Below, piece by piece: positions 35,313 through 43,790 of a DNA stretch of 64,000 nucleotides. Every line of letters begins with the position of its first letter. The first letter of the stretch is position 1. The translations under genes and the position numbers were made by a program. The DNA comes from Syntrophales bacterium (GTDB lineage Bacteria; Desulfobacterota; Syntrophia; Syntrophales; UBA6807): contig JAXGPA010000002.1 in the NCBI GenBank assembly GCA_040767195.1, positions 288,001 through 352,000 of the forward strand, given 5' to 3'. The notes under the pieces were generated by a model. The model saw only the letters and a list, made by a program, of their open reading frames with translations, was not told the DNA's origin and made no database searches.

Positions 35313-35388
35313 TGGAGCGGGAAACGGGATTCGAACCCGCGACCCTCAGCTTGGAAGGCTGATGCTCTAGCCACTGAGCTACTCCCGC
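35313..35388 (-). tRNA. tRNA-Gly(TCC)
   Basis: Anticodon arm TCAGC-CTTCCAA-GCTGA; encoded 3' CCA. Confidence 0.97.
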
Positions 35389-35413
35389 ATACCGACGAAA
35401 AAAACATTCACGA

Positions 35414-35498
<85 letters not shown>

Positions 35499-35515
35499 AC
35501 GGGAAACCTTCAATC

Positions 35516-35591
35516 TGGAGCTGGCGATGGGACTCGAACCCGCAACCGGCTGATTACAAATCAGCTGCTCTACCGATTGAGCTACGCCAGC
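35516..35591 (-). tRNA. tRNA-Thr(TGT)
   Basis: Anticodon arm GCTGA-TTTGTAA-TCAGC; encoded 3' CCA. Confidence 0.97.
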
Positions 35592-35662
35592 GCGATACAC
35601 CCCTCCGCCCGCCAATGCTTTTAAAGACCCCGGAAAACGCACAGGGTGAAACCGAAGGACGG

Positions 35663-35692
35663 AGTCTATGCCCAAAGGGCGCCTTTTGTCAA
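35663..35692 (-). promoter_or_regulatory. sigma70 promoter of the tRNA cluster
   Basis: TTGACA-18 nt-TAGACT. Confidence 0.6.
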
Positions 35693-35719
35693 GACTTTTT
35701 TCACCTGTCCCGCAGGCCC

Positions 35720-37234
35720 CTATTTTTCGCCCTCGCCGAATATATCCGCGGAAAAGGAATATATTTTCGCATCCCTGTCTTTCCAGGCATCACTTTTCAA
35801 GCCCGCCTTCCGGCAGGTTTCGGCGAGAAAGGTTTCGCGGTCCCAGCCGTATTCCACCGCCACCTGTGGAAGGAGCAGACCGGAGCGATGACCCTTGACG
35901 ATATAGAGACCATGCCTCCCCACCTCGATTTCCCCCACATCCTGGACAGGGACAAGAGGCGTCAGGACGGAAATCTCGATGGACAGTCCCCGGAGTTCGT
36001 CGGCGGTAACGGGATAAAACCTCGGATCTTCGAAGGCCGCCGCCCGGGCCATTTCCTGAACCGTTTCAAGAAGAGGCTTCCGCCCCTCGATATACCCGAT
36101 GCAGCCCCGGAGGCGTTCGTCTTTTTTCAGGGTCACGAAGGCCCCCCGTTTCTCCTGAAGGCGCTCCGATTCACTTTCCGGCGGCGGTGCGGGCTTACCC
36201 GCCAGGCGGGCCTCGATGCTTTTTCGGGCGCTCCGGAGAAGGGTTCCCTTCTCTTGCCGGCTCAGACCGAGGTTCACGCCTGCGTCCCCGCTTTCTCGTT
36301 TTCCCTGCCGGCCATCGGGACGGTAGAGGAGGGCGGACAAATATCCCACGACGCCGCTTTTGTCTCCTGTCACGTCTCCCGAATTGGCATACTTGAGGAT
36401 TCTCACGGCGGCACCCCCCCGCTTTTCCGCCACCATCATGGCCACGGCCACGGGACCGCCGCCGCAGGCTTCCCCTTTCCCCGTCTCCAAGGCTTTCAGG
36501 AAGGCCCGGACATCCAGGCGGGCGATCCTGTCGATGAGTTCCGTGTCCATGGCCACGGCCTCCCGGTAGCTGTGATAATGAGACAGGTCCGTGCTGGCGA
36601 CGATGAGAACGTTCCGATCACCCACGGCCGAGACAATGGCCTCGGCGAGACGGCGGCAGGTGTCCTCGTCCTGGGTTCCCATGGCGACGGGAACGAACGT
36701 GAAATCTCCCAGGACAACTTGAAGAAAGGGAAGCTGCATTTCGATGGAATTCTCCTGGGCAAAGGCTTCCGGGCGGAAGGACAGGATCTTGTCCCGGGCC
36801 AGGAGGGCCCCGGCGAGCTCGACATCCACGGGCACCACCCCCAGGGGTGTTTCGAAGCCCCCTCGGTCATAGACGGACGCCCCGCGGAAATAGGCGCGAT
36901 GGCTCGGCCCGATGACGATGACCGAATCGTAGGATTTACCCTCAATCTGCCTGTATCCGAAGGCGGCCACCTGGCCCGAGTAAACCAGACCGGCGTGGGG
37001 GGACACAAGGGCGACAATGGTGCCGCCTTCTTTTTCACCGGGTACCTTGGCGAGGTAGCTGAGAATATCGGCCCTCAGCCTTTCCGGGTTACCGGGGTAC
37101 CACGTCCCGGCCAGAACGGATCTCTTGATATCCTGGACCATGTCGCACTCCCCTCTGTCCTTGAGGACAATGAGAAAAATCAAAAAAATAACAAGGCCCG
37201 CCGCCGCGAGACGGCCTGTTGTTTTCACTTTCAT
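35720..37234 (-). CDS. amrB: AmmeMemoRadiSam system protein B (MEMO1) fused to protein A (AMMECR1); start is 37234 or 37141
   Basis: AGTWYP, SPHAG..YSG, IGPSH, ENSIEMQLPFLQ, STDLSHY, ACGGGP; then GAFVTL...LRGCIG, AAFEDPRF, EISVLT, SGLLLPQVA. Confidence 0.9.
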   Translation of the reverse strand: MKVKTTGRLAAAGLVIFLIFLIVLKDRGECDMVQDIKRSVLAGTWYPGNPERLRADILSYLAKVPGEKEGGTIVALVSPHAGLVYSGQVAAFGYRQIEGKSYDSVIVIGPSHRAYFRGASVYDRGGFETPLGVVPVDVELAGALLARDKILSFRPEAFAQENSIEMQLPFLQVVLGDFTFVPVAMGTQDEDTCRRLAEAIVSAVGDRNVLIVASTDLSHYHSYREAVAMDTELIDRIARLDVRAFLKALETGKGEACGGGPVAVAMMVAEKRGGAAVRILKYANSGDVTGDKSGVVGYLSALLYRPDGRQGKRESGDAGVNLGLSRQEKGTLLRSARKSIEARLAGKPAPPPESESERLQEKRGAFVTLKKDERLRGCIGYIEGRKPLLETVQEMARAAAFEDPRFYPVTADELRGLSIEISVLTPLVPVQDVGEIEVGRHGLYIVKGHRSGLLLPQVAVEYGWDRETFLAETCRKAGLKSDAWKDRDAKIYSFSADIFGEGEK

Positions 37235-37301
37235 CGACTGGGGTGCCCTTTCCATGATATGGTTACATCCCGCCGCGCCGATCCGGGAAATCCAAGTATT
37301 T

Positions 37302-37331
37302 ATTATAAAAACTATTTTGGGGTCCTGTCAA
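37302..37331 (-). promoter_or_regulatory. Consensus sigma70 promoter for the amrB-amrA fusion gene
   Basis: TTGACA-18 nt-TATAAT. Confidence 0.7.
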
Positions 37332-37366
37332 GGGTCTCCTCGGACAGGTATTCCCTGCCAACGGGA

Positions 37367-38224
37367 TCACCCCCGCGGCCGGATGAGGATGAAATTGATC
37401 TGCCGGCCCGTCGTTCCCCGGTCACCCCGGTGGGAAAAAAACACCGTCCTGTGACAGGCCGTGCACAGGCCCGCCACCTGAACGTGATCATCTCTCAAGC
37501 CGGTGTCCGCCAGCTGGGCGGCGTTCGCCCCTGCCAGATCCATCATCCACCTTCCGGGCCTTCCCGGGAGAGGCCGAAGAAACTTCGCCATACCCTTTTC
37601 TCCGGTCAGGGCCAGGCGCACCGGCTCGTCCACCTCGTAGCAGCAGGGTCCGATGGCCGGGCCGATGAGGGCGATCATCTCCGAGGGATCGGAGGAAAAG
37701 GCTTTTTTCATGGCCTCCACCGCTCCCCGGGCGATTCCGGCCGCCGTTCCCCGCCACCCGGCATGGACCGCCCCGACGGCGGGCACCCGGGGATCGAGAA
37801 GAAGGATGGGGACGCAGTCCGCCGTCTTGATCCCCACGGCCAGGCCCTCGCAGGTCGTGATGATGCCGTCCGCTTCGAGAAGGCGGCTTCCCTCTTCCGT
37901 CGATTCGAGATGGACGATCCGGTTTCCATGGACCTGGCGGACCGTGGCGAACCGTTTCACCGGCAGGTCGAAGGCCGCCGAGAGGATTTCCCCGTTTTTG
38001 CGGACGGCCTCTTCCGTATCCCCTTCCCGGGTGCTCAGGTTCAGACCGGAAAAGGGCCCTTCGCTGGCGCCCCGCCACCGGGAGCAGAAGGCGTGGTCAA
38101 CGAAGGGAAAGTCCCCCAGGGCTTCTCCGGCCAGCGAGAAAACACCCCGTCGCTCGACCCAGCGGAACCCTTTCGGCAGCTCCGGAAACACCGGCACCGG
38201 CCCGGTCGCTTCTTCATATCTCAT
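37367..38224 (-). CDS. pgeF: Peptidoglycan editing factor PgeF / YfiH family
   Basis: RQVHG, TADCVPILL, HAGWRG, IGPAIGPCCYEV, CT.C...FFSHR. Confidence 0.92.
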   Translation of the reverse strand: MRYEEATGPVPVFPELPKGFRWVERRGVFSLAGEALGDFPFVDHAFCSRWRGASEGPFSGLNLSTREGDTEEAVRKNGEILSAAFDLPVKRFATVRQVHGNRIVHLESTEEGSRLLEADGIITTCEGLAVGIKTADCVPILLLDPRVPAVGAVHAGWRGTAAGIARGAVEAMKKAFSSDPSEMIALIGPAIGPCCYEVDEPVRLALTGEKGMAKFLRPLPGRPGRWMMDLAGANAAQLADTGLRDDHVQVAGLCTACHRTVFFSHRGDRGTTGRQINFILIRPRG

Positions 38225-39246
38225 TTTACGTCCCCGCCGCCGTCCCCGCGCCTGTCCCGTTCCCGGAGATCTTCCAGGAGCTTTTCCATGTCTTCGGGAA
38301 GGGGGGAGGAAAATTCCAGGTATTGCCCCGTGACGGGGTGGCGAAAGCCGATCGTCGCGGCATGGAGGGCCTGGCGCTTCATGGATCCGAGAATATCCAC
38401 AAGTCCCCCGTCCCGGCCGTCCCGCTCTTTCCGCCGCGACCTGCCGTAAGTCCGGTCGCCCACCACGGGGTGGCCCATGGCGCTCAGGTGAACCCGGATC
38501 TGGTGGGTTCTCCCCGTCTCGATGGCCACCTCCAGGAAGGTGACCTCGCCAAGGCGCTCGAGCACCCGCCACCGGGTCACCGCCGTTTTTCCTCTCCGGC
38601 TCGCCGTGGACATCCGCTTCCTGTCCGTGGGATGCCTTCCCACGGCGAGACGGATGATCCCCTCGTCCTCGCGAAAAGGTCCGTGAGCCAGGGTCCGGTA
38701 TTTTTTCACCACTTCGTGACGACGGAACTGGCCGGAGAGGGCCTCGTGGGCCCCGTCGTTTTTGGCGACCACGAGAAGACCCGAGGTGTCCTTGTCCAGG
38801 CGGTGCACGATGCCTGGCCTCAGGACACCCCCGATGCCGGACAGGTCCGTGCAATGGTGGAGAAGGGCGTTCACCAGCGTCCCCCCGGCGTGGCCTGCAG
38901 CGGGATGGACGACCATTCCCGCCGGCTTTTCCACCACGAGAAGATCTCGATCCTCAAAAAGCACATGGAGCAACGTTTCATCCGGGACCAGGGGGCTTTC
39001 CCGGGGCGGTTCCGGAAAAACGATGACCCGGTCACCGGGCCGCACGCGATACCCCGCTTTTTCCCGCCGCCCGTTGACGAGAATCTTTCCCCCGTCGAGC
39101 CGGCGGGCGACCTGTGAACGGGTCATCCCGGGCACGTTCCGGGCCAGGAAGACATCGAGACGCTCTTTTACATCGTCCGTTCCCGCCACGAATTCCAGGT
39201 CTTCCTCAACGGGGGGGCTCTTCACCGGTTCTTTCTTCCCCTGCAA
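38221..39246 (-). CDS. rluD: RluA/RluD-family 23S rRNA pseudouridine synthase with S4 domain
   Basis: RLDVFLA, KPAGMVVHP, VHRLDKDTSG, TGRTHQIRVH, QALHA. Confidence 0.9.
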   Translation of the reverse strand: MQGKKEPVKSPPVEEDLEFVAGTDDVKERLDVFLARNVPGMTRSQVARRLDGGKILVNGRREKAGYRVRPGDRVIVFPEPPRESPLVPDETLLHVLFEDRDLLVVEKPAGMVVHPAAGHAGGTLVNALLHHCTDLSGIGGVLRPGIVHRLDKDTSGLLVVAKNDGAHEALSGQFRRHEVVKKYRTLAHGPFREDEGIIRLAVGRHPTDRKRMSTASRRGKTAVTRWRVLERLGEVTFLEVAIETGRTHQIRVHLSAMGHPVVGDRTYGRSRRKERDGRDGGLVDILGSMKRQALHAATIGFRHPVTGQYLEFSSPLPEDMEKLLEDLRERDRRGDGGGDVK

Positions 39247-40636
39247 TCCTCTTCAGCCCCTTTTCAATGAAAGCGATTTCCTCCTCGACCACGGTGCGGA
39301 GATCCAGGAGAACCTCCTCCTGGGAAACCCTGCCGATGACAGGGACATCGAGCGCCCGAAGCCTTTTTCCCAGGCTGGAGGCCGAAAGGGTTTTCGGACG
39401 GAGAGCGACGAGCACGGTTTCCAGTTCTTCCGTGGGCAACGCCCCGCCGCCCACCAGGGAAACGCCGCTTTTCAGGGCTACGTCAAGAAAAGCTCCCAGC
39501 GGCTTCAGTTTCCGCACCAGGATCCGGGCTTTCCTTTTGACCTGTTTCGGGGTTTCCAGGAGGGACCGGAATACGGGGAGGGAACCGGGGGCGCTTTCCC
39601 GGTCCAGGTACAGCCGCAGGGTCCCTTCCAGGGCCGCCAGGGTCAGCTTGTCGATCCGGAGGGCCCGGTTGAGGGGGTTTCTCGCAATCCTTTCGATGTA
39701 GGACCGCTTACCGAGAACGATCCCCGCCTGCGGCCCCCCCAGGAGCTTGTCGCCGCTGAAGGTCACAACGTCCACACCCGTCGCCACGGCGTCCCGGACG
39801 GTGGGCTCGTCGGTGAGGCCGTATCGAGCGAGATCGATGAAACACCCGCTTCCGAGATCGTTCATCACGGGAACGGCCCGCTCGTGACCGATCCGGACCA
39901 GTTCGGCGAGAGGCACTTCCCCGGTGAATCCCCGAACCCTGAAATTGCTCGTGTGGACCTTGAGGATCAAGGCCGTTCGCTCTCCCACGGCCCGCTCGTA
40001 ATCGCTCCGGTGCGTCCGGTTCGTGGTTCCCACTTCCCGGAGGACGGCGCCGCTTTTTTCCATGACCTCGGGAATGCGGAACTCTCCGCCGATCTCGATG
40101 AGCTCGCCCCGGGAAACCACCGCCTCCCTTCCTTCCGCCAGCGTGTTCAGGACGAGAAGAACGGCGGCGGCGTTGTTGTTCACCACGAGGGCGTCCTCCG
40201 CCCCCGTGAGGGCGCACAGAAGGGGGCGGACGTGGTCGTACCGGAGACCCCGCTCCCCCTCAGCCAGATCGTATTCCAGGTTCGAATATCCTTGGGCCGC
40301 CTCCATGAGCCGGGCCAGGGCCTCCCCGGCGAGGGGCGCTCGCCCCAGGTTCGTGTGCAGGACGATTCCCGTGGCGTTCACCACCATGCGAAGGCCTGGC
40401 CGGCCGAGCAGGTCGAGCCGCTCCAGGACTCTCCGGGCGGACGATTCGGCCGATGGAATGGAGGCTGTTGTCCCTTCCTTCCTGAGCCTGTCCCTGGTTT
40501 CCTGGACCTCTTCCCGGACCATGCGGACCATGTATTCCCGGGGAATCTTCCCGGCGGGACCCGCCTTCTCGACAAGATGGATGATCTCGTCGATCTTGGG
40601 AAGATTTCTCAACAACGCGTTCAAGTCCTTCGTCAT
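39206..40636 (-). CDS. selA: L-seryl-tRNA(Sec) selenium transferase
   Basis: VVNATGIVLHTNLGRAPL, VSRGELIEIGG.FRIP, EVGTTNRT, FSGDKLLGGPQAG. Confidence 0.97.
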   Translation of the reverse strand: MTKDLNALLRNLPKIDEIIHLVEKAGPAGKIPREYMVRMVREEVQETRDRLRKEGTTASIPSAESSARRVLERLDLLGRPGLRMVVNATGIVLHTNLGRAPLAGEALARLMEAAQGYSNLEYDLAEGERGLRYDHVRPLLCALTGAEDALVVNNNAAAVLLVLNTLAEGREAVVSRGELIEIGGEFRIPEVMEKSGAVLREVGTTNRTHRSDYERAVGERTALILKVHTSNFRVRGFTGEVPLAELVRIGHERAVPVMNDLGSGCFIDLARYGLTDEPTVRDAVATGVDVVTFSGDKLLGGPQAGIVLGKRSYIERIARNPLNRALRIDKLTLAALEGTLRLYLDRESAPGSLPVFRSLLETPKQVKRKARILVRKLKPLGAFLDVALKSGVSLVGGGALPTEELETVLVALRPKTLSASSLGKRLRALDVPVIGRVSQEEVLLDLRTVVEEEIAFIEKGLKRIAGEERTGEEPPR

Positions 40637-41913
40637 TTTCCCTCCCCGGATTCCTGTCCCGTCGAGCTCCCGCCCGCGCGATTGAGGCAGAATGAACGAA
40701 AATTATTCACCGCCGTGAAAAATTCCCGCATGATCACCACCCAGTAATAGGTTCCCCTGGGAGTCAGCTCAAAAACACCGTTCCGGCGGCGGATGCCTCC
40801 GACCAGGGTAAAGGCGAGAATGTCTTTCCAGAGCAAGGGCAGGATGGGTTTTTCGTATTTTTCCCTGAGGAAGGCCTCATCGACCTTCATCCCGAAGAGT
40901 CTCATGATGAAATCGTATCGAGCCCGGTCCGTCAGGGAGAAAGACCGGGAAGCCATGAGGGGAAGTTCGCCACGGTCCAGCCTGTCCCTGTACCCGGCGA
41001 TGTCGAAGGTGTTGGCGTAGCATCGACCGTTCATGTATCCGATGGACCCGCTGCCAAGGCCGGCGTATTCATCGTAATCGACGATGTATTCATCGATCAT
41101 CCCTCTTTTTCTTGAAAAGCACCAGGCCGAGGAAAACCGGTAAGGCGGCACGAGGGCGGAGACTATTTTACCATAGTAGTGCCTCTCTCTTCGGAAATCC
41201 ACCATTCCGAAGGTCCGCTTCATGGCGTTGCGGGTCATGTCGGACACCATGAGAGGGTAATAGGTCACCTGGTCCGTCTCCAGCCGCAGAAGGGTTTCCA
41301 GGTCCCGGTCCAGGATTTCCGGGGACTGGGCGGGAAAATTAAAGATCATGTCGGCGTTCAGGGTGTCGAAAAGACCCTTCGCTTCCTCCAGGCGGCGCCG
41401 GATCTCCCCCCCGCTGCCGTAAGCATCGTATCGCCCCATGGACCGGAGAAGCCCGTCGTCGAAACTCTGGATGCCCACGGACAGGCGGTTGACCTTCGCC
41501 CTTTGCAGGGGTTCGAGAACGGGCGGGACAAGATGATTGGGATTGGTTTCCACGGAGATTTCCCGGATGGGAAAACAGGTCTTCGCCGTCTCGAGGGTCT
41601 CCACGAGTTCGTCCACGAGCACCGTCGGGGTGCCCCCTCCGACGTAAATACCGGAAAACGTGTATCCCAGTTCTTTATAAAGGTGTATTTCCTTTCTTAA
41701 CGCGGAAAAATAGGACCGGCACAGGGCCTCCTGGAAGAGGACCCGGTTGAAGGAGCAGTAAGGGCAGAGGCTCTCGCAGAAGGGGATGTGAATGTAGAGG
41801 AGCCGGCTTTTCCGATCTTCAGCCGGGGGAAGGACAGGAAAATCGTTCTCCCGGAAATGGATGGACCGGGAAAAATTTCTCCGCGCCTCCGCGGCGATGA
41901 CTTGGGGAATCAA
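40633..41913 (-). CDS. HemN-like class C radical SAM enzyme, probable menaquinone methyltransferase (MenK/MqnK family)
   Basis: YIHIPFCESLCPYC (CxxxCxxC), GGGTPT, RLSVGIQSF, QVTYYPLM, MIDEYIVD, MREFF near C-terminus; TTG start behind AAGGAG. Confidence 0.75.
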   Translation of the reverse strand: MIPQVIAAEARRNFSRSIHFRENDFPVLPPAEDRKSRLLYIHIPFCESLCPYCSFNRVLFQEALCRSYFSALRKEIHLYKELGYTFSGIYVGGGTPTVLVDELVETLETAKTCFPIREISVETNPNHLVPPVLEPLQRAKVNRLSVGIQSFDDGLLRSMGRYDAYGSGGEIRRRLEEAKGLFDTLNADMIFNFPAQSPEILDRDLETLLRLETDQVTYYPLMVSDMTRNAMKRTFGMVDFRRERHYYGKIVSALVPPYRFSSAWCFSRKRGMIDEYIVDYDEYAGLGSGSIGYMNGRCYANTFDIAGYRDRLDRGELPLMASRSFSLTDRARYDFIMRLFGMKVDEAFLREKYEKPILPLLWKDILAFTLVGGIRRRNGVFELTPRGTYYWVVIMREFFTAVNNFRSFCLNRAGGSSTGQESGEGK

Positions 41914-42045
41914 TGTCGTTTTTCTCCTTGCGGCGTCTTTCTCGCCGGGCACCCTGTGAAACATCCGGGCGGACCGAGCGACCACCCGCCGGCCGTCATG
42001 GGCCCGGAAACGTCTCTTTTCGCCGGTGCCGGCGGCTGAATGCTG

Positions 42046-42074
42046 AAATTAACAGATTTCAACAGTCCCTTCAA
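42046..42074 (-). promoter_or_regulatory. Candidate promoter of the menK-like/selA operon
   Basis: TTGAAG-17 nt-TAATTT. Confidence 0.35.
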
Positions 42075-42095
42075 GGCAGGATTCCGCCGTCCCGC

Positions 42096-42124
42096 TTGAA
42101 ATCATCTTCCCGCAATGCTATAAA
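42096..42124 (+). promoter_or_regulatory. Candidate promoter of def
   Basis: TTGAAA-17 nt-TATAAA with extended -10 TG. Confidence 0.45.
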
Positions 42125-42152
42125 CCCACCAGGAAAATGTAAGGGATCTCCC

Positions 42153-42743
42153 ATGGCACTGGATAAAATCTGGAAACTCTGGGAAGGCCGGCGTATCAAC
42201 GGGGCGGAAGCGGCGCTTCTCCGCCGGAAGACAGCCGACATCGTCTTCCCGCTCAAGGAAGAGGACCGCCGGGACATAGATACCCTCGTCCGGGCCTTCT
42301 GTCGCCGCGACGACGCCCTCGGCCTGGCGGCGCCCCAGATCGGGATCGCCAAGCGGATGGCCATCTTCAAGAACAAAAATTTCGGTGACCGGACGCCCGT
42401 TCAAAGCGAAAAGGACTACGACCTGCTTATCAACCCCCGGATCACCCAGTTCCGGGGAAAAGAGGAAACCATGACCGAGGGGTGCCTTTCCTGTCCGGAC
42501 GTGAGCGTTGAAGTGACCCGGTTCACGGAAATCAAGCTTCGGGCCCTGGACCGGGAGGGAAACCGGGTCAGCAAGCGATACACCGGGTTTCTCGCCCGAA
42601 TCGTCCAGCACGAACTGGACCACCTGGACGGACGGCTCATCATCGACCACGGCGGGGACATCCTGGTCCCCGAGGACCGGGAAGCCTTTCTCACCGAGGC
42701 CCTTCGGGACGGCCGGATCTTTCCGGACCGCGACCCCGTTTGA
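42153..42743 (+). CDS. def: Peptide deformylase
   Basis: ALGLAAPQIG, EGCLS, QHELDHLDG. Confidence 0.9.
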   Translation: MALDKIWKLWEGRRINGAEAALLRRKTADIVFPLKEEDRRDIDTLVRAFCRRDDALGLAAPQIGIAKRMAIFKNKNFGDRTPVQSEKDYDLLINPRITQFRGKEETMTEGCLSCPDVSVEVTRFTEIKLRALDREGNRVSKRYTGFLARIVQHELDHLDGRLIIDHGGDILVPEDREAFLTEALRDGRIFPDRDPV

Positions 42744-43748
42744 TCAACGAACGAAATGGGGTGACGGCAGGTCCTTGACGGTGATGATCCCCGGTTTTGC
42801 CGCCATGACCGCGGGAATCGTATTCACCAGGACGGCCGCCGTCGCCTGATCCCCGGCGATTCCGCCGTCGATGCGCATGTGAATGTTCGGCGTTCCCGTA
42901 ATGTCAATGGAATCGTGGGGGTCGGGCGCCCCGACATACATGTCGAGAACGAGCAGGATGGGCATATCCCCCTGGTGAATTCCCCGGGCCACGTGGTGAA
43001 TCCCCGCCACATCCCCTTTCTTGAGATCGAAAAAAGCCGTAATGACGGGTTTTTCAGCCAGAACGGGATCGATCGTCTCGACCACGTCATCGAGAGGGAT
43101 GCCAAGCTGGCTTGCCACGAAATTCAGGGATTCCACGAGGCCCACGTGGCCCATCTGCTTCCGCTCGGTTTTTTCGCGGAATTCCGCCACCGTCATGCCG
43201 GCGCCGACCTTTTTCTGGAGGGGATACCGGCGGGTGCCGGCGTCCACGACCCGTTCGATCCGAAGGGACTGAACCTCCTGGCAGACGCCCGTCAGAAACA
43301 GGGGGAGGGCATCCATGACGAAACCGGGATTGACGCCCGTCCCGAGAACGGACACTTTTCTTTCAACAGCCAGGTGATGGACTTCCTGCAGGAGCTTCGA
43401 ATTTTCGCTCATGGGGAAGAGCAGTTCCTCGCTCGACGAAACCACGTGGAGCCCCTCTTCCACCATCTCCCTCAACTGGGGGGCTATGTCCCGGATCCGG
43501 GAAGAGGCCGTGTGGACCACCACGTCGGCCCGCACCCGCCGGAACAGCTCCCGGGCGTTTCCGGAAACGGGAATGTTCATCCTTTCCTCGATCCCCAGGA
43601 TTTCACCGATGTCCCTGCCCGCCTTGTCCGGGGCGATGTCCACGGCTCCGACGATTTCCATGCCCGACTTCCGGCGGACGAGCCGGGCCGTTTCAATTCC
43701 GATGGGGCCGAGGCCGTAATGTATAATGCGAATTTTTCCTTCCGTCAT
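42744..43748 (-). CDS. NAD(P)-dependent amine dehydrogenase family (2,4-diaminopentanoate dehydrogenase / DapB-like)
   Basis: YGLGPIG Rossmann motif, SSSEELLFP, GTGVNPGFVMD, GDQATAAVLVN.IP. Confidence 0.8.
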   Translation of the reverse strand: MTEGKIRIIHYGLGPIGIETARLVRRKSGMEIVGAVDIAPDKAGRDIGEILGIEERMNIPVSGNARELFRRVRADVVVHTASSRIRDIAPQLREMVEEGLHVVSSSEELLFPMSENSKLLQEVHHLAVERKVSVLGTGVNPGFVMDALPLFLTGVCQEVQSLRIERVVDAGTRRYPLQKKVGAGMTVAEFREKTERKQMGHVGLVESLNFVASQLGIPLDDVVETIDPVLAEKPVITAFFDLKKGDVAGIHHVARGIHQGDMPILLVLDMYVGAPDPHDSIDITGTPNIHMRIDGGIAGDQATAAVLVNTIPAVMAAKPGIITVKDLPSPHFVR

Positions 43749-43790
43749 GCCTGGTTCACTCCCTTTCATTCTGTTCGTTTTCGATCCCCG

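Noticed and set aside
37367..38854. 495-aa extended pgeF ORF
   Set aside because: The upstream part overlaps rluD; the ATGA-coupled start at 38224 is more plausible
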